From NCBI GenBank assembly GCA_015485845.1, contig WFSU01000010.1, positions 1 to 35,392 on the forward strand: a DNA stretch of 35,392 nt, written 5' to 3'. The notes beneath the pieces are model-generated. The model worked only from the letters and a program-made list of their open reading frames with translations, was not told where the DNA came from and ran no database searches. Shown here in pieces: positions 6,943 to 15,032 of the stretch (positions within the stretch are counted from its first letter, which is position 1; each line of letters starts with the position of its first letter). The DNA is from Nitratifractor sp. GTDB lineage: Bacteria > Campylobacterota > Campylobacteria > Campylobacterales > Sulfurovaceae. A program made the translations under genes and the position numbers.

Positions 6943-7761
6943 ATGAATTTTTATTCCGAATGCAAACGGGTGCTTGAGACCCCGGACATCGAGACCAAAT
7001 CCGACATTATTGATGCGCTGATCGCCCATGTTGAATCGGGAGAATCGGTGCCGGATGGGTTTGTGCCGGTGGTGTTTGACACCCCGTCATATGCAAGCAC
7101 TGCCAAAGTAGTTCCCCCGAGAGACTTGCCCAAGCGACGGGATTTCGGGACGCAGGAGGGGTTGGCGACGCTGGTGCACTCGATCACCCACATTGAGCTC
7201 AGTGCGATCGATCTGGCGCTCGATGCGGTCTATCGTTTCCCGCAGATGCCCACGGCGTATCGCCTTGACTGGCTTGTGGTGGCGCAGGATGAGGTGCGGC
7301 ACTTTCGGATGCTCCATACCGTACTGGAGCGGCTGGGGCATCGGTACGGGGATTGGCCGGTACACAGTGGGCTGTTTGAGATGAGCATGAAGACCGCCGG
7401 AGATGTGCTCAACCGGATGGCGGTGATCCCTCGGTACTTTGAGGCCGGTGGACTCGATGTCAACCCACAAATCGCCGCCAAACTTCAGCCACATCGGGGC
7501 AATTCTGACGTGGAGGAGGTGATCGAGGCTTTGGGCGTGATTGAGACAGAGGAGATCGATCATGTTCGCAAAGGGGATCGCTGGTTTCGGTGGCTCTGTT
7601 CTGAGCGGGGACTGGAGGTCTCTGAGACGTTCCTGTCCATTCTTGATCGGTACAACCTCCGCAGCCATCAGCGTCCACATATGAATGTCACCGCACGCAA
7701 AGAAGCGGGGTTTGCGTGTGATGAGTTGCTCGAACTTGGGGCGGTGGAGTGCCGTGATTAA
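6943..7761 (+). CDS. ferritin-like di-iron protein, DUF455 family
   Basis: 272 aa from ATG 6943; the ORF track begins at a TTG at 6865. Carboxylate/His motifs HIELSAIDL, QDEVRHF and ETEEIDHV fit a four-helix-bundle di-iron site. Confidence 0.6.
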   Translation: MNFYSECKRVLETPDIETKSDIIDALIAHVESGESVPDGFVPVVFDTPSYASTAKVVPPRDLPKRRDFGTQEGLATLVHSITHIELSAIDLALDAVYRFPQMPTAYRLDWLVVAQDEVRHFRMLHTVLERLGHRYGDWPVHSGLFEMSMKTAGDVLNRMAVIPRYFEAGGLDVNPQIAAKLQPHRGNSDVEEVIEALGVIETEEIDHVRKGDRWFRWLCSERGLEVSETFLSILDRYNLRSHQRPHMNVTARKEAGFACDELLELGAVECRD

Positions 7762-7782
7762 TGTTTGGAAACTTTTTTGTGC

Positions 7783-7788
7783 TACAAT
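7783..7788 (+). promoter_or_regulatory. candidate -10 box (TACAAT)
   Basis: tgCTACAATct lies about 40 nt upstream of ATG 7830. Confidence 0.35.
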
Positions 7789-7829
7789 CTCCTCACAATA
7801 CATTTAGTATAAAACATTCAGGATAAGAC

Positions 7830-8936
7830 ATGACCATGAAAATACCTTTTAGAAAAGTGAGTATCCCAACGGCGCTGCAAGCTGCAACAGTCGAAGCACT
7901 GGAGAGCGGAGTGATCGTTGCCGCCGATGCCCTCGAGGCGGACGTTGTCGCCGCGACTGGAATGACGTATGCGCTGAGCACGTCGAGTTCTACTGCTGCT
8001 CTGCACCTCGCGATGTGTGCACTCGACCTCAAACGGGGGGACAAAGTCCTCTGCCCCGTCAACGGCTTTGTCGATCTGCCCGAAGTGGTACGCCACTTTG
8101 ACGCTGAGCCGGTGTTTGTCGATACCTTACCGGGAAGTTATGCGATCGATCCGGAGAAACTGGCCGAAGCCGCCGAGAGAATCAAGGGGAAAAAGCTCCG
8201 CGCCGTGATCGTCAATCATCCGGGGGGAAGACCAGCTCCCATAGCTGCGATCCGAGACGTGGCTGAAAAGTACGATTTGAAAATCATCGAAGATGCGACC
8301 GAGGCGGTGGGCGCTGCGCATGTCGGAGCGTACAGTGATATGACAGTATTCGGATTTGGCTCCAAAATCGACAACACCATCGACGGTGGTGTCCTGCTGA
8401 CGAACGATGAGCACTATTATGAACGGGGGAAGCTCCTTCGAAACCATGGGATGGTCTATACGTCCGAAGAGACGCATTACCTCTACGATGTGCTTGCCAT
8501 CGGGTGTCAGTACCGGATGAATGAGTTCAGTGCTCTCTACTGCCGGGCACTTTTCGCCGAAAATGCTGAAAGCATGGCGAGACGTCACGCCATTGCCGAT
8601 GCTTATTTTGCTGCGCTGAAACCGGTCAAGACCATCACCTTGCCGGAAAAAGCAGATGGTCATCTCTATACGCAGTTTATCGTCACCATCGAGACCAACC
8701 GGGATACCTTTGCCCGCAAACTTCGGGAGAGGGGGATTGAAGTAAGTGTGCAGTATATTCCCCTTAACTTCACCAAATATTACAAGGAGAAATACGGTCT
8801 CAAAGTGTTTGACTTCCCCCAGGCACTCGATGCGTATCAGAAGACCATGTCCCTCCCAATTTACCCCGAGATGAGCGATGATGAGGTGGTGTATGTCTGT
8901 GAAGCGATCCGTGAGATCGCAGCGTCGCACCGATAA
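7830..8936 (+). CDS. DegT/DnrJ/EryC1/StrS-family PLP-dependent aminotransferase
   Basis: 368 aa. AGGA RBS 6 nt upstream. Pattern IIEDATEAVGA...DMTVFGFGSKIDNTIDGGVLLTND resembles the DegT lysine region. Confidence 0.7.
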   Translation: MTMKIPFRKVSIPTALQAATVEALESGVIVAADALEADVVAATGMTYALSTSSSTAALHLAMCALDLKRGDKVLCPVNGFVDLPEVVRHFDAEPVFVDTLPGSYAIDPEKLAEAAERIKGKKLRAVIVNHPGGRPAPIAAIRDVAEKYDLKIIEDATEAVGAAHVGAYSDMTVFGFGSKIDNTIDGGVLLTNDEHYYERGKLLRNHGMVYTSEETHYLYDVLAIGCQYRMNEFSALYCRALFAENAESMARRHAIADAYFAALKPVKTITLPEKADGHLYTQFIVTIETNRDTFARKLRERGIEVSVQYIPLNFTKYYKEKYGLKVFDFPQALDAYQKTMSLPIYPEMSDDEVVYVCEAIREIAASHR

Positions 8937-8944
8937 GGATCTCC

Positions 8945-9796
8945 ATGCAGGAAAAAGTCAAAATCGTCCAGACCCTCCTCGAGGCACTTCCCTACATCAA
9001 ACGATTCAGTGGTGATATCGTCGTAGTCAAATACGGCGGCTCGGCGCAGAGCAGTGAGACCCTCAAAGCGAAATTTGCCCAGGACATCGTCATGCTTCAA
9101 GCGGTGGGGATGAAGCCCGTGGTCGTCCACGGTGGAGGTAAAAACATCAGTGGGCTGCTGGGGGATCTCGGGATTGAGAGCCGCTTTATCGATGGACAAC
9201 GGGTCACGACCAAAGAGGCGATGCGCGTCGTCGAAATGGTGCTCAGCGGCGAAATCAACAAAGAGATCGTCGCCCTGCTCAATTCCCAGGGTGCCCGTGC
9301 CATTGGTATCTCGGGTAAAGATGCCAATTTTCTCGAGGCCAATGCTAAAGACGCCGGGGAGTTCGGCTACACCGGCACGATTCAGCAGGTCAATCCTGAG
9401 ATTGTCCTCAAGATGCTGGATGACGGTTTTGTTCCCGTCATTGCTCCTATTGCCAGCGGTGGTACATTGGGACATCCGGGTTACAACATCAACGCCGATC
9501 TGGCGGCCAGCCAGATTGCCGTGGCACTCGGTGCCCGCAAAGTGGTTTTTTTGACCGATACCCCGGGTGTGCTCGACAAATCGGGTGATTTGATCTCCAA
9601 TCTCAGCATCACTCAGACCGAAGAGCGCAAGCGTGATGAGACGATCACCGGTGGGATGGTTCCCAAAGTCGATGCGTGCATCGAAGCCCTGCGCGGTAAT
9701 GTCAAAAAAGCCCATATCATCGACGGTCGCATCGAACATTCTCTCCTGCTTGAGATCCTCACCAACAGCGGAATCGGTACCTGTATCGAGCTCTGA
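8945..9796 (+). CDS. argB: acetylglutamate kinase
   Basis: 283 aa with VVKYGGSA, VVVHGGG, NINADLAA and TDTPGVL, typical ArgB/amino-acid-kinase motifs. Confidence 0.95.
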   Translation: MQEKVKIVQTLLEALPYIKRFSGDIVVVKYGGSAQSSETLKAKFAQDIVMLQAVGMKPVVVHGGGKNISGLLGDLGIESRFIDGQRVTTKEAMRVVEMVLSGEINKEIVALLNSQGARAIGISGKDANFLEANAKDAGEFGYTGTIQQVNPEIVLKMLDDGFVPVIAPIASGGTLGHPGYNINADLAASQIAVALGARKVVFLTDTPGVLDKSGDLISNLSITQTEERKRDETITGGMVPKVDACIEALRGNVKKAHIIDGRIEHSLLLEILTNSGIGTCIEL

Positions 9797-9842
9797 TCCT
9801 GTTTGAAACGCTGCGTCTCAGGGCAGGGGGCAGCTTTTTCGC

Positions 9843-9848
9843 TATAAT
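9843..9848 (+). promoter_or_regulatory. candidate -10 box upstream of the thrC leader
   Basis: cgCTATAATat lies about 300 nt upstream of thrC ATG 10152. Confidence 0.4.
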
Positions 9849-9866
9849 ATCCCCCAAAATTCACGA

Positions 9867-10134
9867 TTACCGCACCAAGTATATACCCAAACGTTTGAGA
9901 GAACGAGACGAGATGAGATGTGCGTGAAAAAATCTGAAGGACTGGCCGTAGTCAATTCAAAGGTTTTTTTGCGTGCAGGTCGTCTCGTATCGTTCTCCCC
10001 GAAGGGTGCAGCACTTTCGCTCACATACTGCGTTAGATTTTCTTGAATTCGCTTTGGCGAGTCCTGCGAAAATCTGCCTTGCCTGTGAACGAAAGTGCAG
10101 CATCAAACATTTGGGTATATACTTGGTGCGGTAA
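9867..10134. other. 268-bp element with 31-bp terminal inverted repeats and nested hairpins (MITE-like or structured leader)
   Basis: Left arm 9867-9897 is TTACCGCACCAAGTATATACCCAAACGTTTG. The right arm, 10104-10134, is its reverse complement with 1 mismatch. Inner imperfect inverted repeats lie at 9899-9910/9981-9997 and 10007-10024/10086-10103. No credible ORF. Confidence 0.6.
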
Positions 10135-10151
10135 GAACAAGGTGATCCTGC

Positions 10152-11618
10152 ATGCAGTTTATCCAGACACGCGGCAACGATAATACCCGTCCCAAATCGG
10201 TAAGCTTCTCCGAAGCGATCCTCAACCCCAGCGCCAGTTTCGGGGGGTTGTATGTCCCGGAGTCTCTTCCGGATATGGGGATTGTCTTCCTCTCCGAATA
10301 CCTCAACAGCGACTACAAACATCTTGCGTTTGACCTGTTACAGAAGTTTGAGATCGATATTGATGACGATCTCCTCTGGGAAGCGCTCGACCGCTACGAC
10401 CACTTCGACGACTCCAACAATCCCGTTCCCGTCGTCAAGATCGAAGAGGATGCCTGGGTGAGTGAACTCTACCATGGGCCGACACGTGCGTTCAAAGACA
10501 TGGCACTGCAACCCTTTGGTGTCATCCTCTCCGCACTGGCACAGCGGAGGGAAGAAGAATACCTGATCATGGCTGCCACCAGCGGTGATACCGGCCCGGC
10601 CACGCTTGAGACCTTTAAAAACAAACCGAACATCCGTGTTGCCTGTCTTTATCCCGACGGGGGTACCAGTGATGTTCAACGTCTTCAGATGGTCACTGAA
10701 GAAGCCGAGAATCTCAAAGTGGTTGGCATCCACGGTAACTTCGACGATGCACAGCAGGCGCTCAAATCGCTGCTCGGTTCCGAAGAGTTCAAGCAGGAGC
10801 TCTCTGAAAAGGGGATACAACTCTCTGCGGCCAATTCGGTTAATTTCGGTCGGATTATCTTCCAGATCATTTACCACATTCACAGTTATCTCGAATTGGT
10901 GCGTCGCGGAGAAATTGGACTGGGCGATGAAGCCTACCTCGTCGTCCCGAGTGGCAATTTCGGCAATGCCCTCGGTGCCTACTATGCCAAAAAATCCGGT
11001 CTACCGATCCGCAAAATCCTCATCGCTTCTAACGCCAACAACATCCTTACTGATCTCATCAATACCGGCGTGTACGACATCCGCGACCGGAAGCTGATCC
11101 TCACCGAATCCCCGGCGATGGATATCCTCAAGAGCTCCAACGTCGAGCGGGTGCTGTTCGACAAATTCGGAGCCGAACGTACCCGTGAAATGATGGAGGC
11201 GCTCAACGATGAATTGGTGTATCACCTCACCGAAGCAGAGCTCAAGAGCCTCCAGGAGGATTTTGCGGCCATCGAGAACACGGATGCTGAGGGGGAAGCG
11301 GTGATCGCCGAGTATGCGGCACGGGGATACCTGATGGATCCGCATACCGCCACCTGCCTCAAAGCCTACCGAAGTCTTCGGGAGGAACCCCTCCCGACCC
11401 TGATGTGCTCAACGGCGGAGTGGACGAAGTTCAGCCCCACCGTTGCCCGGGCGATCGGTCTGGATGTCGAGGGGGATGAAGCGGCACTTGCTGCGGTGAG
11501 CCAGACGCTCAATGCCCCGATTCCCCGACAGATTCAAGCGCTGTTCGAAAAAGGGATCGCCCACGGCACTGTGGTCGAGAAAACGCAGATCAAACAGGAG
11601 ATGCTGGCTTTTCTGTAG
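10152..11618 (+). CDS. thrC: threonine synthase (long form)
   Basis: 488 aa with HGPTRAFKDMALQ (PLP lysine), SGDTGPA and VPSGNFGN. Confidence 0.9.
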   Translation: MQFIQTRGNDNTRPKSVSFSEAILNPSASFGGLYVPESLPDMGIVFLSEYLNSDYKHLAFDLLQKFEIDIDDDLLWEALDRYDHFDDSNNPVPVVKIEEDAWVSELYHGPTRAFKDMALQPFGVILSALAQRREEEYLIMAATSGDTGPATLETFKNKPNIRVACLYPDGGTSDVQRLQMVTEEAENLKVVGIHGNFDDAQQALKSLLGSEEFKQELSEKGIQLSAANSVNFGRIIFQIIYHIHSYLELVRRGEIGLGDEAYLVVPSGNFGNALGAYYAKKSGLPIRKILIASNANNILTDLINTGVYDIRDRKLILTESPAMDILKSSNVERVLFDKFGAERTREMMEALNDELVYHLTEAELKSLQEDFAAIENTDAEGEAVIAEYAARGYLMDPHTATCLKAYRSLREEPLPTLMCSTAEWTKFSPTVARAIGLDVEGDEAALAAVSQTLNAPIPRQIQALFEKGIAHGTVVEKTQIKQEMLAFL

Positions 11619-11637
11619 GCCAGGATAATGGAGCAGT

Positions 11638-12813
11638 ATGTCACGTAAACATGCCATCGTATTGGGCGTTGCCCTTGCCGTGTTTGTTGCCGGGATCTTC
11701 CTCTCGTTGATCCGCTCAAAAAGCGCACAAAACCCTGTGGGTGAAATCAAACATTTCACGGCGGAACATGAAAAAAAGAGCCTGGAAAAATCTCTACATT
11801 CCAGCAAAGCTTCTGCCGTTTCCTGTCAACGGGAACCGGCGAAACCTTCTTCCGCGCCGGGAAATACTGAAACGCCACCATCGGCGCAGGTTACTTCTGA
11901 CACCTCTCCTTCCGATAACCAGCCGATCGAGGCGCCGCTTCTCGAAGAGGGGGTTTTGATCACCCACCGAGTTGTTTCCGGTGAATCGCTGCTGGGATTG
12001 GCCAGGAAATACCGCACGACGGGATACCAGATAGCCAAGCGAAATATGATTCCTGAAGATGCCCGATTGTTTGTGGGGCAGGAACTGGAAATCATTCCAG
12101 GGGAAGAGGTAACCTATTGCGCTAGAAAAGGGGAGAGTCTCTCGGAAATCGCACAGCGTTTTGGAGCCGATCGTCAGGATATTGTCGCGCTTAATGATCT
12201 CGAAACCAATGCGACGCTCCAGTTGGGTCAGAAGTTGATCATGCCGGTCAGTCAAAAGAGGATCGATACGGTACTCGAAGAGATCGCCGAGAAAAAACGG
12301 CAAGTGGAGATGGAGAGGAAAAGTCAGTATCAGCGGAAATTTCTGACCCGACTGAAGCTCCAACAGAATGCTAGAGCCAAGCTGGCAAGGCTCCGTGCCG
12401 AGAAAGCGGCCAAAGCGCGAAAGCTGGCCCGAGCCAAACGGGAGAAGGAACGACGCCTCCGGAAAGCGAAACAAAAGTTTAAATATACATCATCGGCAAA
12501 ATATCAGCACAAAATGCGTGTCGTGGCGACTGCTTACACTTCTCACCGAAGCCAAACAGACCGTACCCCGTTTCTGGCGGCATGGAACAACCGCATCCGC
12601 CCGGGAATGAAGATCATCGCCGTTTCTCCCGATCTGATCCGGAAATACGGCCTCACCAACGGTGTCCGGGTCAAGATTGGTGGTTTACCTGGCACGTACG
12701 TCGTCCGGGATAAAATGAACAAACGCCTTCACGATCATATCGATATTTACATGGGGACTAATCGACGCCGGGCATTGCGGTGGGGGCGCAGGCGGGTGGT
12801 GATGTATTGGTGA
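11638..12813 (+). CDS. membrane-anchored peptidoglycan-binding protein, 2x LysM plus C-terminal 3D domain
   Basis: 391 aa with an N-terminal TM segment. Two LysM-like segments (HRVVSGESLLGLARKY..., YCARKGESLSEIAQRF...). K/R-rich coiled region. The C-terminus ATAYTS...IAVSPDLI...VRDKMNKRLHDHIDIYM fits a 3D domain. Confidence 0.8.
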   Translation: MSRKHAIVLGVALAVFVAGIFLSLIRSKSAQNPVGEIKHFTAEHEKKSLEKSLHSSKASAVSCQREPAKPSSAPGNTETPPSAQVTSDTSPSDNQPIEAPLLEEGVLITHRVVSGESLLGLARKYRTTGYQIAKRNMIPEDARLFVGQELEIIPGEEVTYCARKGESLSEIAQRFGADRQDIVALNDLETNATLQLGQKLIMPVSQKRIDTVLEEIAEKKRQVEMERKSQYQRKFLTRLKLQQNARAKLARLRAEKAAKARKLARAKREKERRLRKAKQKFKYTSSAKYQHKMRVVATAYTSHRSQTDRTPFLAAWNNRIRPGMKIIAVSPDLIRKYGLTNGVRVKIGGLPGTYVVRDKMNKRLHDHIDIYMGTNRRRALRWGRRRVVMYW

Positions 12814-12858
12814 GTGGTTGATGGTGATTGGTGATTCGTGATTCGTGATTCGTGATGG
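12810..12858. repeat. heptamer array, 7 units degenerating from GTGATTC
   Basis: Units are gtgagtg gttgatg gtgattg gtgattc gtgattc gtgattc gtgatgg. Every unit contains TGA. The LysM/3D gene stop (12811-12813) is inside unit 1. Confidence 0.85.
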
Positions 12859-12860
12859 GG

Positions 12861-12880
12861 ATGCGACTTTTGTCGCATTT
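12861..12880 (+). terminator. small hairpin ATGCGAC-TTTT-GTCGCAT (weak terminator candidate)
   Basis: 7-bp stem and 4-nt loop, followed only by a short T run. Sits between the heptamer array and the REP-like motif. Confidence 0.35.
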
Positions 12881-12881
12881 G

Positions 12882-12903
12882 GTGGGACTGAAGTCCCAGC
12901 CCC
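12882..12903 (+). repeat. REP-like 22-nt hairpin motif GTGGGACTGAAGTCCCAGCCCC
   Basis: Internal hairpin TGGGAC-TGAA-GTCCCA. The same motif recurs at 19516, 20112, 24943/25014, 28543/28588, 32410/32450 and, degenerate, 34210. Confidence 0.85.
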
Positions 12904-12936
12904 TGAATAGGTTGGCTGTGTGATGGTTCAATCTAA

Positions 12937-12958
12937 GGGCAGACACGTGGGTCTGCCC
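12937..12958 (-). terminator. hairpin GGGCAGAC-N6-GTCTGCCC directly after the ABC-F stop
   Basis: 8-bp GC-rich stem abutting the stop at 12959-12961 on the minus strand. The downstream T tract is weak. Confidence 0.4.
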
Positions 12959-14917
12959 CTACGCATTGTTCGATAAATCTTCTTCTTTTTCCAGCACTTC
13001 CAAGTAACGTTCACTGACTTTTTCGTATTCTGCTTCGAGATCAGCTAATTCCTGACTTTTGGCGACGATCCCTTCGGCTTCGAAACAATCGGGGTCGTAG
13101 AGGCATTGGGTGAGGGCGTCGATTTGGGCTTCGAGAGCTTCGATTTTCTTCGGGAGGAGCTCGAGGTCTCGCTGGTCTTTGTAGCTGAGTTTGGTTGACT
13201 TTTTGGGTTGGGATTGAGTGGGTGTTTCGGCTGTTTTTTCTTCGGATGCCGTGATCTCCTTTTCGATCCGGTAGAGTTCGTTGATGTCTTTTTCGATCGC
13301 CAGATAGTCGCTGTAGGCCTGGTAAGACTCTTCCACGACGCCGTTGCCTTTGAAGATCAGTAGTTTCTGGGCGATTTTATCGACAAAATAGCGGTCGTGA
13401 CTGACAAAAATCAGCGCCCCCTGGAAGCTGAGGAGTTTCTCTTCGAGGATGTTGATCGTCTGAATGTCGAGATCGTTGGTGGGTTCATCGAGGATGAGGC
13501 AGTTGTAGGGCTTGGTGAACAGCAGCGCCAGAGCCACCCGGTTTTTCTCTCCGCCGCTGAGTTGGGCAATTTTTTTATCGAGATACTCTTTGGGGAAGAG
13601 AAAATTCTTCAGATACCCATATACGTGCATATTTTTTCCATCCACCATTACCCGATCGCCTCCGTCAGGGCAGAAAGTACCGATGAGTGTCTCATCATCC
13701 TTGAGCATTTCGCGGTGCTGGTCGAAGTAGCCGATGCTCACCTCCCCCCTCTTGATCGTACCGCTCTCAGGCTGGAGGGTACCGAGCATCAGGCGCAGGA
13801 AGGTGGACTTACCGCTGCCGTTGTGCCCGACGATGGCGATCTTGTCTTTTTGGAGGATGCGGGTGGAGAAATCTTCGATGAGGTTTTTGCCTGCAATGGA
13901 GTAGCTGATGTGTTTGAGCTCGAAGAGCATCTTTTTCTTGGCGACGATCTTTTCGCGCATGAAAGCTTTTTTCTCCCGATCGAGTTCGATTTTCATTTTT
14001 CGAATCAGTGTCGGGTTGTCTTTGGCCTGGTCGCGCAGCTCAAAGACCCGTTTCTTGCGCCCCTGGTTGCGGGTCTGGCGAGCTTTGACCCCTCGGGCGA
14101 GCCAGGCTTCTTCTTTGCGGAGGAAGCGGATGAGGTTATCGTGCTGCTTCTGCATGGCGGCCAGGCGCTGCTCTTTTTGTTCGAGGAAGCTGGAGTAACC
14201 CCCTTTGTAGCTGACGAGTCCGAGGTTTTCTACCTCAACGATTCGGGTAGCGATGGTGTCGATGAAGTAACGGTCGTGGGAGATAAGCAGGAGGGTGAAT
14301 TTTTCTTTGAGCAAAATCTCTTCGAGGAATTCGACCATATAGACATCGAGGTGGTTGGTGGGTTCATCCAGCAGAAGCACATCGGGCTTTTTGAGGATGA
14401 GGGTTGCCAGCGCCACCCGCCGCTGCTCTCCACCGGAGAGAGAAGCCACGAGGCGCTCTTCGTACTCCTTGAGCCGAAACTCTTGCAACACCCGCTCGAC
14501 CTTGCTGCTCAGATCCCAGGCGTTGTGGTGATCGAGGTATGCCGCTGCCTGAGCGTGTGCCTCCAACAACGTTTTGTTCTCATAGTCCGTCGCCAGTTGT
14601 TCACTCAGCCGGTCATACGTCTCTTTGGCTTCCCTGAGATCCGTCAGCTCATGCTCGATCGCTTCCCGCGTGGTCAGCCCATCGGGAAACGTCGGCTGCT
14701 GGGAAAGCATCTCGATCTGGATCGATCGATCGATCACCCGCTTGCCCGCATCGGGCTCTTCGGTTCCGAGCGCGATTTTCATCAGCGTCGATTTGCCGCT
14801 GCCGTTCTGCCCCACGATCGCCACCCGCTCCCCGGCCTCAAGGTGAAAGTTCATCCCTTTGAAGATCTGCTTCACGTCATAATTTTTGTCGATGTCGAAG
14901 AGGTCAATGTAGGCCAT
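12959..14917 (-). CDS. ABC-F family ATPase (Uup/EttA-like, two ABC domains, no TM domain)
   Basis: 652 aa. Walker A GQNGSGKST and GHNGSGKST. Signatures LSGGEQRR and LSGGEKNR. Charged linker and C-terminal coiled coil. Confidence 0.9.
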   Translation of the reverse strand: MAYIDLFDIDKNYDVKQIFKGMNFHLEAGERVAIVGQNGSGKSTLMKIALGTEEPDAGKRVIDRSIQIEMLSQQPTFPDGLTTREAIEHELTDLREAKETYDRLSEQLATDYENKTLLEAHAQAAAYLDHHNAWDLSSKVERVLQEFRLKEYEERLVASLSGGEQRRVALATLILKKPDVLLLDEPTNHLDVYMVEFLEEILLKEKFTLLLISHDRYFIDTIATRIVEVENLGLVSYKGGYSSFLEQKEQRLAAMQKQHDNLIRFLRKEEAWLARGVKARQTRNQGRKKRVFELRDQAKDNPTLIRKMKIELDREKKAFMREKIVAKKKMLFELKHISYSIAGKNLIEDFSTRILQKDKIAIVGHNGSGKSTFLRLMLGTLQPESGTIKRGEVSIGYFDQHREMLKDDETLIGTFCPDGGDRVMVDGKNMHVYGYLKNFLFPKEYLDKKIAQLSGGEKNRVALALLFTKPYNCLILDEPTNDLDIQTINILEEKLLSFQGALIFVSHDRYFVDKIAQKLLIFKGNGVVEESYQAYSDYLAIEKDINELYRIEKEITASEEKTAETPTQSQPKKSTKLSYKDQRDLELLPKKIEALEAQIDALTQCLYDPDCFEAEGIVAKSQELADLEAEYEKVSERYLEVLEKEEDLSNNA

Positions 14918-14943
14918 GCAGGGCTCCTAGGATGTGATGGCGT

Positions 14944-14949
14944 ATTATA
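14944..14949 (-). promoter_or_regulatory. candidate -10 box for the ABC-F gene
   Basis: The minus strand reads ggCTATAATac, about 27 nt upstream of the start at 14917. AGGAG RBS. Confidence 0.4.
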
Positions 14950-14990
14950 GCCTATGGTAGGTCAAGATGCCCATGGAAAGATAAATATGC

Positions 14991-15019
14991 TATAATAACT
15001 CAAAATCTAAAATTTGAGT
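14991..15019 (+). promoter_or_regulatory. -10 box (14991-14996) abutting palindrome AACTCAAAATCTAAAATTTGAGT (14997-15019)
   Basis: tgCTATAAT is followed immediately by 7-bp arms ACTCAAA/TTTGAGT with an 8-nt spacer, 14 nt before the fic ATG. This is an operator-like position. Confidence 0.45.
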
Positions 15020-15032
15020 CAAAGAAAAGAGC

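Noticed and set aside
9842-10322. Minus-strand ORFs 9842-10024, 9957-10322 and 10103-10306 inside the argB-thrC spacer element.
   Set aside because: They run through inverted repeats and into the thrC start. They have no RBS and their composition is not protein-like.
13397-14950. 517-aa ORF on the plus strand, with similar long antisense ORFs at 1719-2429, 6184-6849, 7087-7803, 8127-8930, 8861-9739, 16689-17663, 22996-23598, 25014-25616, 25093-25716, 26684-27319, 30603-31406 and 32530-33297.
   Set aside because: Each lies antisense to, or out of frame with, a gene that has clear family motifs. Their translations are low-complexity (R/P/H/G-rich or repetitive) and lack an RBS. They are typical shadow ORFs of GC-biased coding DNA.
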